20,000 nucleotides of DNA from Chiloscyllium plagiosum (Eukaryota), in the NCBI RefSeq assembly GCF_004010195.1, contig NC_057719.1, positions 72,054,386-72,074,385 on the forward strand, given 5' to 3'. Position numbers and translations under genes: made by a program. The notes under the pieces were generated by a model. It was not told where the DNA came from and made no database searches. It worked only from the letters and a program-made list of their open reading frames with translations. Position 1 is the first letter of the stretch. The number at the start of each line of letters is the position of its first letter. Positions 9,130-20,000 of the stretch are shown piece after piece.

Positions 9130-10772
9130 GAGTAGCTCCAGATCTCGAGATGGGCCTTGCCAAACTTCTTGTTCACTTCCACCACAAATCTTGCCAGAGG
9201 GACATGCCACTCAGACCCCTCAGATGTTCCTGTGTCTTTTGCATCTTCTGTTCAGAACTGGATTGGCACTAATTTTTCTAATGGTGGATTTAAACAGAAC
9301 AAAAAAGTTAAAAAGACATGATATTTAATCTTTACTCCTGTCTGAAGGCAATGATTCATGCTAGTGTGCTGTTCCACAGACGTTTATATCCAAATGATCA
9401 ATTTTTGAGGACAAAACGCAGACACATAGGACACTGGAAACCAATCACCCTCTTGGTGAGCTGAGCACTACACCAACAGCTACCTATCATGCAGCCAGCA
9501 GGACATGGCTCCTTTTCACTTACTCATGTCCTGGAAACAGCTGAACTAGTTCCATCGTGACATTACAGAGCTCTACCGACTGGTGTGGCTGATTGTCCTA
9601 ATTTAAGCCACATAGGTTCACTCAACGATTCACATATCACGCACCAAAGATCAAGCCTGCCACGGCAAGCAGAGCTCAGCACCAGCTGGGCAAACCAAAT
9701 AAAGTGAATTTAAAGTATCTGTGCCTTGCAAAGTGTGTGGATGTACTTTGGAGCATTTTTAGAATTGATTTCAGAAAAGAGTGCAGATGAAGGTCTGAGC
9801 GAAGGCATGGGGCTGCATGGCAGTATCTTTCATCTACAGCATGACAAGAAAATGGAGAAGATTGGACCTGAAGAGGAGAGACTGGAATTAAAGTTAAACA
9901 CAAAAACTGCAACTGAACCGATCTCATTATACAAACAGTCATCAACTCACTCCCCTTATGCATTCTCTTAGTGTTTTTAAACTTGAAACAGTTCAGAAAG
10001 GATTTACAAGGACATTGCTGGAGTTGAAGGTTTGAACGATAGGGAGAGACTAAATAGGCTGGGGCTGTTTTCCCTGGAATGTCAGAGGCTGAGGGGTAAC
10101 CTTATAAAGGGTTATAAAATCCCATGAGGGGCATGGATAAGGTAAATAGACAGTTTCTTTTCCCAGTGAAGGGGAGTCAAAAACTAGAGGACATTGGTTT
10201 AAGGTAGGAGGGAAAGATTTAAAAGGGATCTGGCAGTAGCTGGCCCCAGGATTTCCAGCATCGTTCCCACAATCTAGTTGAGTGGATGATGTCCTAATGG
10301 AATCCCCTACCCATTAGTTCTCTGGTTCTCCTTATTTAATGTGACCTTCCGCTGCAAGACAAAGAGAAAAACATGATGACTGTGAGCATCATGTTTGGGT
10401 TATGAACCTATCATAGTTAAATTGTTGGAGGTAGAGGGAGCAAGCAAAAGTCAGAATTGGTTCTGGTATTGTTGGATGCTGCATGTGGCTGAATTGTATA
10501 TTAGGCATCAATCCTAATGTTAATGAGTGATGCATTGGGTAATGTGAGTGGTTGGATGTGACAGACAGTGAGAAGATCCACTTACTGGCTGTGATCACGT
10601 GAGTAAGGGGTCAGTAAAAAGATGTCAACACTGTTGCCAGGTTCTTGAGCAAAACTGCAGGCATGGACCTTCTTGCCATCTGCTTTCATTCCCTTCACAG
10701 GTTCAGGTGGGAGGGCATTCTGGTTCCTCATGGAAACACGGACCCCTTCTTAATTAGCAACTGGAAGTACAT
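9130..10772 (-). pseudogene. Fossil multi-exon Myb/SANT-like (trihelix) DNA-binding gene of PIF/Harbinger transposon type
   Basis: Exon 1 (~10772-10586) reads KKGSVFP*GTRMPSHLNL*RE*KQMA/VHACSFA/RTWQQC*HLFTD with frameshifts. Intron 10585-10352 is GTAAGT...ttttctctttgtcttgCAG. Exon 2 reads RKVTLNKENQRTNG*GIP..HPLN*..MLEILG. Further GT-AG intron-like segments lie at 9950-9868 and 9523-9278. The downstream extent is uncertain. Confidence 0.6.
9978..10231 (+). mobile_element. CR1/HER1-like LINE internal fragment lying within exon 2 of the fossil Myb/SANT gene
   Basis: KLETVQKGFTR..RERLNRLGLFSLECQRLRGNL..YKI..GMDKVN..TRGH, with frameshifts. Same family as 19404-20000. Confidence 0.88.
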
Positions 10773-13700
10773 ACTGGAGCAAGAAGTTTCACCTCAAAAG
10801 ATTTTTTTAACAGAACTATGATATGGTCCAACTAACACCAACTCACACTATGTCAAGGCCTGATCAATTTGGATGGAAAAGATTCTGGGATGCCGGTAGA
10901 TAAGGTGTTTGAATTTTGGAAAATGAGGAAAGGGAATACATTTTACTAATCCTAACTTATCCCAGTTTCCTAGAGATTTCTCCAAATTATCATTCCTATT
11001 AATGAAGTGTATGATACAAAAATTAGTATGTCAGAATAACTGTGAAATATGAATGTCATACTTTAGGATTTTGTGATCTTCTGTATGGCTTTTGGAATAG
11101 GTTAACAGTATTTCGCTTTCCCAGCTAATAAAAAAAACTGCATCACGGACAGTAATAATGTCATGTTTTAAAGCCGCTAAATGATTAAATTAACAATTTG
11201 TTTGCATCATGTGTTAATTTCTTTCTGTAATCAAGCACAAAAATAGTATTCATTATCTCTAGACGACATTGGAATATCATCATGGGATTATTTTTTGCTA
11301 GTTTAGATGAAAAGATGAAATTTCATTGAATGATTACAGCTGGTGCATGGATGGTGCACAGCAGGTAACCTAGCGAGATGCAGAATATTGAAGCTATGAA
11401 TGTTTTCAAGATGGAGTGAGGTATGAAACAATGCCATCTGAAACCTAAATCTAAATGGGTGTATAGAAATCCAGTCAAAACTGAATATCAGATAAACACT
11501 TGGTTAAATAAAGCCACTCCCCAATACATCGCACACTTCAAATCCACGTTAGGTTTCCTAGTGCCAGTATTACATGTTCCAGGATATAGTCATTGAGGCT
11601 TTTGCACAATAAAAGGAACCCAAATATAAAGTAATTAGATGAATATTAACATTTTGCTGGAAAATGTTCCTGTAAAATTATGCCTGATCTACTGTTGCGT
11701 AGAGCTGTCACTTTCAGTGACAGCCTTTCTTTTTCCTTTTATTCATATGCTAAACATATTGTAATAAAGGCAAATTGAATACCTGCTGGGACTGTGCTGT
11801 GTATTTCATTATGCAAAACAAATGTAACATTTGTTCAACAAAGGATAATGGCAGTTTGAGACTTTTGGCAATCACTAAAGCAAACTTGAAAAAAAATTAC
11901 TGTTTATACAGTTACATCTGATGTCTGTATCAGCGTTACTATGGAATTAGGTTTCCATGGGAGACAAACACATTCCCATAACCCTTTGTCTGCACCTGCT
12001 GCACCTAGTCATTCAATCCAATGTGGCTTTCATATTCCTCATTGTTTACAACTGGAAATAGACCAAATTGAATCTGACTGGTTCATTTTCTGTCCTCTAA
12101 ACAATAGTAAGCAGTTGTGCATAACATTTTCTCAGAACTATGGCATGAACAAGTATTAACTTTCTTTAGTATTCAATGACTTTGTCTGCTGCAAATTTTT
12201 GATATTATTCCACTTTTAAATTGTACAGCAGTGCCATCATCTGGTAGAGTTTGTGTTAATACCAGCATTTAGAATTCATTTTTGCAACTATTCAACATCT
12301 ACTTATTGAGCCCATCAAAAGTAGAAAAATAAATGATTTCCTTCAAGTTTTGAAAAGCGACGGTCACAATGTGCAGGATAAATCTTTTCACCATAATAAG
12401 TTTGAACATTCCGAGTTTGTATTAGAAGGTATCAAAAATCAAATGGTGGCAGAGAAAATTGTAAGGCAGGCACTTTGACGGAGTGTTTCTTCCTTTCTAG
12501 TAACTGGCCATGAAGAATTATTGAAAAAAGCCAGAAATCATTGACCTCTCTCTTTTGCTGGGTGTATTGTACATGATGCGAAGCATTTGCAAAGTAAACC
12601 AAATTAATGTCAATGATATAAAATAATATTTTGGATATAAAATTCAACAAGTGAAAAATTGCATGATCATAACCAACATCTTTCATGTTGTTCCTTGTGC
12701 ACTAACTATACAAAATATAAATAAAATATTTATGGGCAACACCTTAGGAAGGTATTATTCTATTGAATGGTTCCACTAAATACAACAAAAAACGTATTTT
12801 AATCCTTGATTGGTCAGAGATCAATTAATGAGAGAGAAATGAAGCATTTCAGTTGAATGACCTTACATCATCATAAGAAAAGCATTTTCACCATATTGAT
12901 TTTTAAAGAAAATAATATTCAATATTCATGAAGAAAATGCAGTTAATATATGTCAATAGATAACATGAATTTTAAAAATATGCTGTCAATTAAAGATGGA
13001 AATGTTTGTATTTCTAAAAATTTCCACCCTGAAAGTAGTGATTTCATACACAGATCCATCAGTCCACATTATTTGACAACCCTGTTTTATTAGCTCTAGA
13101 AAATGCTGCAGAACTGCTCTCAGATATGGCAATTTCCATAACATCACTGCTTGGAACAGTACATACTAACATCTCTATAATTTCTCAAAAATCAAGAAGT
13201 GCAGCTATAGACTTGCCTAGTATAAAGGGACAGAATAAAATTGAAAACAACCTTTAGTACATAGGGTATGTGGAAACAACATTTATTTCCAGATCAGTGG
13301 AACAACTCATTACAGATATTATATTCTAAATAGTGAATTAAAACCATGCAGTCTTGGTGTGAGAATTGTCCAATGTATGGATAAAACAAAAATATACAAC
13401 TTGAATTGTTCCTTTCTTTTAAGTCCCAAAAGTCACAGCATTATTTCAGCCTCTGCATGTTCCCTGTTTGTCTGGTTTTATGATAGTTAAAGAAAAGCAA
13501 ACAATAATGCTATGTTGCAATGTTTTTAAGGAAAGTTCATTGTAAAATTTGAAAACTATTATTTCATCTATTACACTAGCATTTTACATCAAACAGCAAC
13601 AGCGGGAATAACATTAACAGAATTCAAAATTGCTCATTTCAACTAAATGTACTCAACTCAAGAATATTTCACCTGCATGTACTTCTGTTCTATATTTTAA

Positions 13701-14729
13701 TTATAAAATTGCATTTGTTTCAAAATGCATACTTCTGGCTATGTATACTACTGTATATTTTCATAAAGTAACATGTGGAAATTGAAATAGGAAAAAAAAA
13801 TGTGTATTTGTTTTCTGCATTTGCTAACTCTGGCACAGTTTGGGGGAATGTGTGTACTGATGAGATGTTGGCATGTATTCTGGGTAGAGCCTTCTAACTT
13901 AGTGCCAGATGTATGAATATATAAGCTAATGAAGTCATGTGTGTGGGAGTTGGCATCATGCCCTACAAGTAAAAGTTGACATCTTGTCTGGTAAAGCGTC
14001 TGTGGTCATGACAGTATGGTTGCTGTGGCTGTAGGCTATCTTTACATATGGTGTGTGGGTGGTACCAGTGGTGTAACAGTGTCACTGTCTCAGCCTGGTC
14101 TCAATGTAGCTAAAGGGAGAGTGATCTTATTCATGTAGAGTTTTGTTCCTAAATTGATTTGAGTGCAGTTGTATTCACTAATTCAACAATAACTATATAC
14201 TTGTAAAAGCTTTATGTTAAAAAAAAGCACCTGCTTTTTAACTGTATCTTGATTTGGCAAAATCTGTGGGATCCAACAATCTGTTCTTTCTGTTTGTAAA
14301 GATTCATTGGTGAGCCAATAACTTGTTTGGGGAAGTTACCTTGGTTACAGGAGAAAACCTTACTGATTCATATGCTTGGATGCCATACAAAAATTCTAAG
14401 TTACTGATTCTTTTCTAATGTTTCAATTTGTACGTCCTTGTGATTGACTCAAGTTAAGACCGATTTTGTCAATTCCTCTAGCCTTTTAAAGCAAACCGTT
14501 GTTCTTCCATGTGGATCAAAGAGGAGTCAGTAATTTTAATCTCCATGTATGGGATTAGTGTATCTGGGAAGTGAAGTGAGTTTGTGTGTATGCATGTGTA
14601 TATATTTGCCATTTACTGACAGAACATGCAGACTCGCTGAGCTCTGACTACACAGAACTGTGCAATTAGTTTGTCTGTGGATCTATCAGATTCTTTAGTT
14701 TAAGGAGCTCAAAGTAAGATTTAGCAAGA

Positions 14730-15299
14730 GTTCACAGGCCATCAATAGTCATGGATGTTGTATCATCAGATGACTATTGTGTCTGTGCCAGCTTTTTGAA
14801 ACAGCTGTTCAATTGCTCCTACCTCGCAAAGGTTTACCAATAGCCCTACATTTCTTTTTCTCTTCAAGTATTTACCCAATTCCATGCTGAAATGTGCAAC
14901 TCCATCTGGTTCTAGCATTCCTTCAGCAAATGCAATCCAGATCCGAACAACTCGATGCATTAAAAAATGCCCTCAAGACATTTCTGTTTCTTTTTGGCAA
15001 TGATCATAAATCTATATTCTTGGTTGCCCTTGGAAACAATTTATCTTTATTTGTTGTGTCAGGTCACTTCATAATTTCAAATCTTACTATCAAAACTTCC
15101 TTTAACCCATAATTTAAGGAGATCAATCCCAATAACTCCAAGCTATTCATGCAATTAAAAGTCAAACTTTTCCAGCTACCATTCCAATATGTCTATCTGT
15201 ACCATCTCCAAAACTTTGAAATCCTTCCTGAAGTTTAATGCTCAGATGTGGCCATAGTGTACCAGAGATGCTTAACTAGTGTTCTATATATATTTACAA
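14730..15299 (-). mobile_element. Old, diverged CR1-like LINE 3' region
   Basis: ORF 14766..14960(-) HRVVRIWIAFAEGMLEPD..FSMELGKYLKRK is a decayed QRVVxIWNALPExVVEA..FKxELDxYL. Similarity continues to ~15299 and resumes at ~16325. Confidence 0.7.
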
Positions 15300-16324
15300 T
15301 GTAAGACTCCTCACTGATGTCTCATCACTTTTATTTTTATTCTTTTATCAATTTTAAATTGTGAGTTGGATATGAGTTGTGGACTTTGGGATAATTTGTG
15401 GTAAATAAAAAGTTTTGATTGTTTGTGAGGCCAGGCTTAAAGGCTAATTACAAGCTGAGTTGACACAGTGACAACCTACCACCATCACATCCCACCCCCC
15501 AAAACCCCCCCCCCCCCACCAGTAAAGAGTTCTGCATTTAAACAGTTATCAGAAGTTGGCTGTTAATGAGGGCAGCACTTTGAAATTGGTTCCAGCAAGT
15601 TTGGAAGAGACTGTACATTCAAGCAGGATGGCTCCTGTTGAATGGTAATTCAGATTTGACACATTAATAGGAGTTGATCATTTGATCAGGGCAGAACTAA
15701 AATTAAAATCTTTTTCTTAAATTATGTTTTCTGAGGGATAGTTCTGTGCGGCCACTGCCACAGCACATTGATTGAAAGCTCTCTGCCCAGTATGTTATAG
15801 TAGCTTCAGGAAGCCCAAAAAGTAGAAATTTGAGTTTGAAGCATTGCTGCCTTTGCCTGGGTCAGCTGAGAAACTGATCAATATTTCAGGAAAAGCAGAC
15901 AAAGGGGTCCACATTTATGCCTGTGAAATATAACAGCGTGAAATCCATGTAGGTAATCTGGCCAGTTTTGTTTTTATTTATCCCATAACTGTGTTTGTTT
16001 GTCTGTCTGTCTTTTGTGTGAATGGAGGCTGAAAACAAATGTTTCAGGTTAAAGCACAGACATTAATTTGCTTAGTATAATGTTTATTTTTATCATTCTA
16101 AAGTTATTGTGGATCAAATAAATGGTTAACTCTTTTCTTTAAGATATAAACTAGTATCTGGAAATTAATTATTCGCAAAGTCTGGAACTGGTTATTCAAA
16201 AATCTGGTTAGGAACCATTGGTGTGACTATTCTGGGGTCTTCAGCAGTTTAATTTTATAATATTGCAAATACAAAGGAAAAACAATGGATTTAGTTTGGC
16301 TGGCTGTCTCCTAGTCATTGCAAC
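15300..16324. mobile_element. Probable solo LTR (~1025 bp) inserted in the old LINE
   Basis: Begins TGTAAGAC and ends ..GTCATTGCAAC, lacking a perfect CA terminus. Flanked by TACAA at 15295-15299 and 16325-16329. LINE-like sequence resumes afterwards. It has an internal C-run (~15490-15520), an AATAAA near 16118 and no ORF. Confidence 0.5.
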
Positions 16325-16515
16325 TACAACCTCGTAGCTTTTATACACTACACTTCAACTGTACTTAAAAACCAGGGATCCCTAATACTCTTTTCAAAGG
16401 CCTTCAATGATTTGTGAACGTTTGTCTTTCCAGTCCCTTTTTCTGCATCCTCCTTCACATTGTACCATTTCATTTATATTGTCATTTTCATTCTTGCTAT
16501 CATATGGATTTCTTA
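16325..16515 (-). mobile_element. Continuation of the old CR1-like LINE
   Basis: aacctcgtagcttttatacact...ttgtaccatttcattatattg..ttcttgctatca resembles the antisense CR1 segment that follows gtcctatatagcctcaacatgacc in the copy at 310-505. Confidence 0.45.
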
Positions 16516-16969
16516 GATATTAGCAGATATTAAAGGTATTGAAGAGCCCACTCAAGTGTATATCAGATGAATTTTTCATTTCTTTTATCTATTCATTCGT
16601 GGTCAATGGCAGCACTTACTGCATGAACCATAAACATTAACCTAACCCATTCCTAACTACCAGTTCCTTAAACAGCTTCAGCCCATGGGATGATGTTACT
16701 GCCACAGTACTGTTAAGCATTTCTTGTATATGGGTCTGAAAGGGTTAATGCTGAGGAGCATTACAAGTATCATTCACTGTGCTGATGTCGTATGGACTTG
16801 AGGACAAGAAAGTCTGCCAGGCCTTGTAGAGAGAAACCCTCCACGATACTCAATGAAATCTTAGCTGATTTCTGCTCAGGTTTGGCCCAATGGCTATCAT
16901 ATCAACCTCTAACTAGTTGCTAACATACATTGTTCAATACCTGCATGAGGCTATCCATATCTGGTTTGA

Positions 16970-17087
16970 CTTTTGGTGCAGTGGTAGCATCCCTATCCCT
17001 GGAACAAGAGACCCAGATCCAGTTTCAGGTTTAATCTGCTCCAGAGGTGTGTAATAACATTCTTGAACAGGTTTGTCAGAAAATTAG
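16970..17087 (+). mobile_element. Old short tRNA-derived SINE (same family as 9010-9120)
   Basis: tggtgcagtggtag A box ... ctgctccagaggtgtgtaataacattcttgaacagg. Confidence 0.55.
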
Positions 17088-17447
17088 GTTAACTTGAAAA
17101 AGAAACTACATCTTGTTGGATCAGGAAGTGATTTTCCTCTACCGTGCTCGACCCTGTAGTTTCCAATGCCTAAAGAGGATGATGGCAGCATTCTTCAGTA
17201 TGAGCATCAACTCCTTCAGTGTACTGATGTCCTCGTATAACATATCAGGCAGCAATGCATATTAGTGTAGTGATGCATGTTCAAGTTATCTGCTCATCGT
17301 AAGCAGTGGAGTGAGATCTTGAAGACTCAACTTGATGCCACCTGCTCAGATAGCACAGTCAGTAGCAGGGAAAGGCTGAAGATTTGATAATCTCGTGGCA
17401 ATCCAACTCTAGTGAAGATAAAGATGATCATCACAAAGGATAAAAGT

Positions 17448-17834
17448 GGGTGGCACGGTGGCTCAGTGGTTCGCACTGCTGTCTCACAGTGCCAGGGACT
17501 CGGGTTCAATTCCTGCCTCAGCGACTGTCTGTGTGGAGTTTGCACATTCTCCCTGTGTCTGCGTGGGTTCCCTCGTGGCTCAGTGGTTCGCACTGCTGTC
17601 TCACAGTGCCAGGGACTCGGGTTCAATTCCTGCCTCAGCGACTGTCTGTGTGGGTTCCCTCTGGGTGCTCCGGTTTCCTCCCACAATCCAGGTGAGGTGA
17701 ATCGGCCATGCTAAATTGCCCATAGTGTTAGGTGCATTAGTCTTGGATAAATATAGAGTTAAGTGGGTCGGTGTGGACTCCTTGGGCCAAATGGCCTGTT
17801 TCCATACTGTAGGGAATCTAATCGAATCGAATCT
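17448..17834 (+). mobile_element. HE1-type SINE with a duplicated tRNA-related head
   Basis: Perfect 79-bp repeat at 17458-17536 and 17575-17653. V-SINE core follows, and the tail is ggcctgtttccatactgtagggaatctaatcgaatcgaatct. Confidence 0.9.
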
Positions 17835-18854
17835 CATAAGAGATGCACTTCAACAGGAGAGTGAGCAACTTGTTGGAGAAGGAGAACTGGTAACTCCAAA
17901 GCAGATGCAGGCTTCATTGTGAGGCAGTGGTCTTTGGAAATCGTTCTGTGTCAGAGGTCAGCTGTTAGTCCCAGATGGGAGCAGAGTAATGTCCCTTTGT
18001 AGTGTCACCAGTTCATGGGTCACAATATCAATTTAATTGTTACGCTCCATTCCTAAAGTGGCCAATTGCACACTTTCTCTATATTATACTTAAACTAAAA
18101 TGATCTATCAATCAAGTTTCTTTAATTAACACAAAACTGTTGATTCCTCAACAAGCAAATCTTATTAAATGAAGATGTAAAATCAGTTAGCACAATTAAT
18201 TTGAAACATTAAAGATAGGCCTTTACCACATATATACTTGGGGGAATAAAGGAAATCATACAGGCATTAAGTCTTAATTCTTGAAGGCAAAAGAAAGGAA
18301 GCAATGTGTCATATAAAAAAATAAAAGATTGATGTTGCTGTGTTCTTTGCCAGGGCAGTTTGCTCAGGAAACACTGCATCGGCCATCGCTCCAGACGCAT
18401 TTCAGGAATACAATTAGGGTTCAGCAGGGAAAAAGCCCCCAGGTAACACACAGGAAGAGGTTTCTCAGAAACAGGAGAGTTCCACTGAGAAGCTCTTTTC
18501 TTTCCTGAGTCTGGCCAACAAATTCAATCTCAACTCCCCAAAAATTAAAAATGGAGCCACAGTAACATGGTGATGAGTAAACAAACATCAGAGGCTCCAT
18601 AAAGAAAGCTTAAAATTCCTGGTGGGTCAAGGGTAGCTTTAGGAGTACCTGTACTAATTTAGGCTGAAAAGTTTAAAATGCCACTTACAGCTCAAATCAA
18701 GTATCCCCCACCCTAGTGAGCAGTCAACATCAGAAATGGATATTGAAGTGAAAGTAAAGAGCCATGAAAGAAATATTTATATGGCACCAGAGGCCTAGAC
18801 ACATCATGAAGCCATAATTAAACCAATAATGGAGGGAGAAACTGTTAATATTTT

Positions 18855-18990
18855 TTGGAAGAAGATTAGTGCTGGGCTTAAACATTAACTCTGGTTCTGT
18901 CAGCATGAATGCTGCAAGATCAGTTGAGATTCTCTACCATGTTTTCCTTTGATTTCTAATTTCCAACATCTGTAGCATTTGCTTTTATTG
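18855..18990 (+). mobile_element. Penelope-like terminal repeat remnant
   Basis: gaagaag..aaacattaactctg...gatttctaatttccaacatctgtagcatttgctttt aligns by eye with 8485-8608. Confidence 0.5.
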
Positions 18991-18999
18991 AATTGAATA

Positions 19000-19402
19000 T
19001 GTTGGACAAATTAAATACATAAATAGAGCTAGTCTAAAGGGAACAGAAAGTCTGGGAGTCTTTATTCAGGCTATGGAAAAGGCAACATCTCCTTTACAAG
19101 AATTGTGATAAAGGTGGAGGTAACTCATTAAATCCACTAAGATAGGACTCTGGTAATAAAACAATGATTAAAGTAGAAATTATTGGTTAAAGTTACAAAC
19201 ATTGGTATTCATACTGCCATAAAAAAGACTGGACGATAGTTTAGCCCAACCATCCCAAAGTAAAGTCTTCACAAAACTCAGCATAAATAGTGGATTTCGG
19301 AAGGTGCTGTTGGACAAATAATCAAGTGTACTTAATCCATCTGGGAGATTTTGTTTCAACAGACTACCATTTGAAATTGTTTTGGTCCCAGACACTTTTC
19401 AA
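19000..19402 (+). mobile_element. Degenerate Ty3/Gypsy reverse transcriptase fragment, cut off by the LINE at 19404
   Basis: Frame 19229-19402 reads LDDSLAQPSQSKVFTKLSINSGFRKVLLDK*SSVLNPSGRFCFNRLPFEIVLVPDTFQ, matching the Gypsy RT pattern FxKLDxxSGFWQxxL...TPxGRFxFxRLPFGxxxAPxxFQ. An ESLGV motif lies upstream near 19047. Confidence 0.8.
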
Positions 19403-19403
19403 T

Positions 19404-20000
19404 GTCATAGAGTCATAGAGTCTTAGAGATGTACAGCATGGAAACAGACCCTTCAGTCCAACCTGTCCATGCCGACCAGATATCCCTACCCAATCTAGTC
19501 CCACCTGCCAGCACCTGGCCCATATCCCTCCAAACCCTTCCTGTTCATGTACCCATCCAGATGCCTCTTAAGTGTTGCAATTGTACCAGCCTCCACAACA
19601 TCCTCTGGCAGCTCATTCCATACACATACAACCCTCTGCGTAAAAAGGTTGCCCCTCAGGTCTCTTTTGTATTTTTCCCCTCTCACCCTAAACCTATGCC
19701 CTCTAGTTCTGGACTCCCCGACCCCAGGGAAAAGACTTTGTCTATTTATCCTATCTATGCCCCTCATAATTTTGTAAACCTCTATAAGGTCACCCCTCAG
19801 TCTCCAACGCTCCAGGGAAAACAGCGCCAACCTGTTCAGCCTCTCCCTATAGCTCAAATCCTCCAACCCTGGCAACATCCTTGTAAATCTTTTCTGAACC
19901 CTTTCAAGTTTCACAACATCTTTCCAATAGGAAGGAGACCAGAATTGCACGCAATATTCCAACAGTGGCCTAACCAATGTCCTGTACAGCCGCAACATGA
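19404..20000 (-). mobile_element. Young CR1/HER1-like LINE 3' end (runs off the right edge)
   Basis: Open 167-aa ORF2 C-terminus (19495..19998), then a short 3' UTR and an 8-bp (CTATGACT)n tail. Confidence 0.95.

Noticed and set aside
12228..12246. CTCF-like motif gtgccatcatctgg (another at ~17337-17349)
   Set aside because: Both have mismatches at core positions and are expected by chance.
16585..16720. Possible antisense 3' end of an old CR1-like family (ttattcattc...cccattcctaact...cacagtactgttaag)
   Set aside because: Patchy similarity from memory only, with no peptide support.
17458..17653. Direct repeat and tRNA-like A/B boxes considered as a CRISPR array or genuine tRNA genes
   Set aside because: Only two units, in a vertebrate context. 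The boxes continue into SINE bodies and give no full cloverleaf.
17110..17990. Minus-strand snippets around the SINE that resemble Penelope RT (QFSFSNKL, FVMIIFIF)
   Set aside because: Motif spacing is wrong, catalytic residues are absent, and the evidence is insufficient.
18000..18810. LTR-like composition starting TGTCAC or TGTTAC
   Set aside because: I could not find a matching terminal CA end with a target-site duplication.

Overview
Eukaryotic, AT-rich, repeat-dense non-coding DNA. It is most likely from a shark or other elasmobranch, because it carries four HE1-type (V-SINE) tRNA-derived SINEs and several HER1/CR1-like LINE fragments that share the SINE 3' tail. I see no intact host gene. 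Nearly all ORFs in the track derive from LINEs, SINEs or a microsatellite. Reading the sequence directly adds several elements the ORF track misses: a multi-intron fossil Myb/SANT-like (PIF/Harbinger-type) gene on the minus strand (~9.1-10.8 kb), Penelope-like RT and GIY-YIG remnants with decayed hammerhead-ribozyme tails, a Gypsy RT remnant, a TA-flanked Tigger/pogo-like MITE, a probable ~1 kb solo LTR, several nested insertions with readable target-site duplications, a ~180-bp alternating purine-pyrimidine tract grown inside a SINE, and an unexplained 85-nt hairpin. I cannot support a claim of a new functional biological system. All family assignments come from motif recognition, not database searches.
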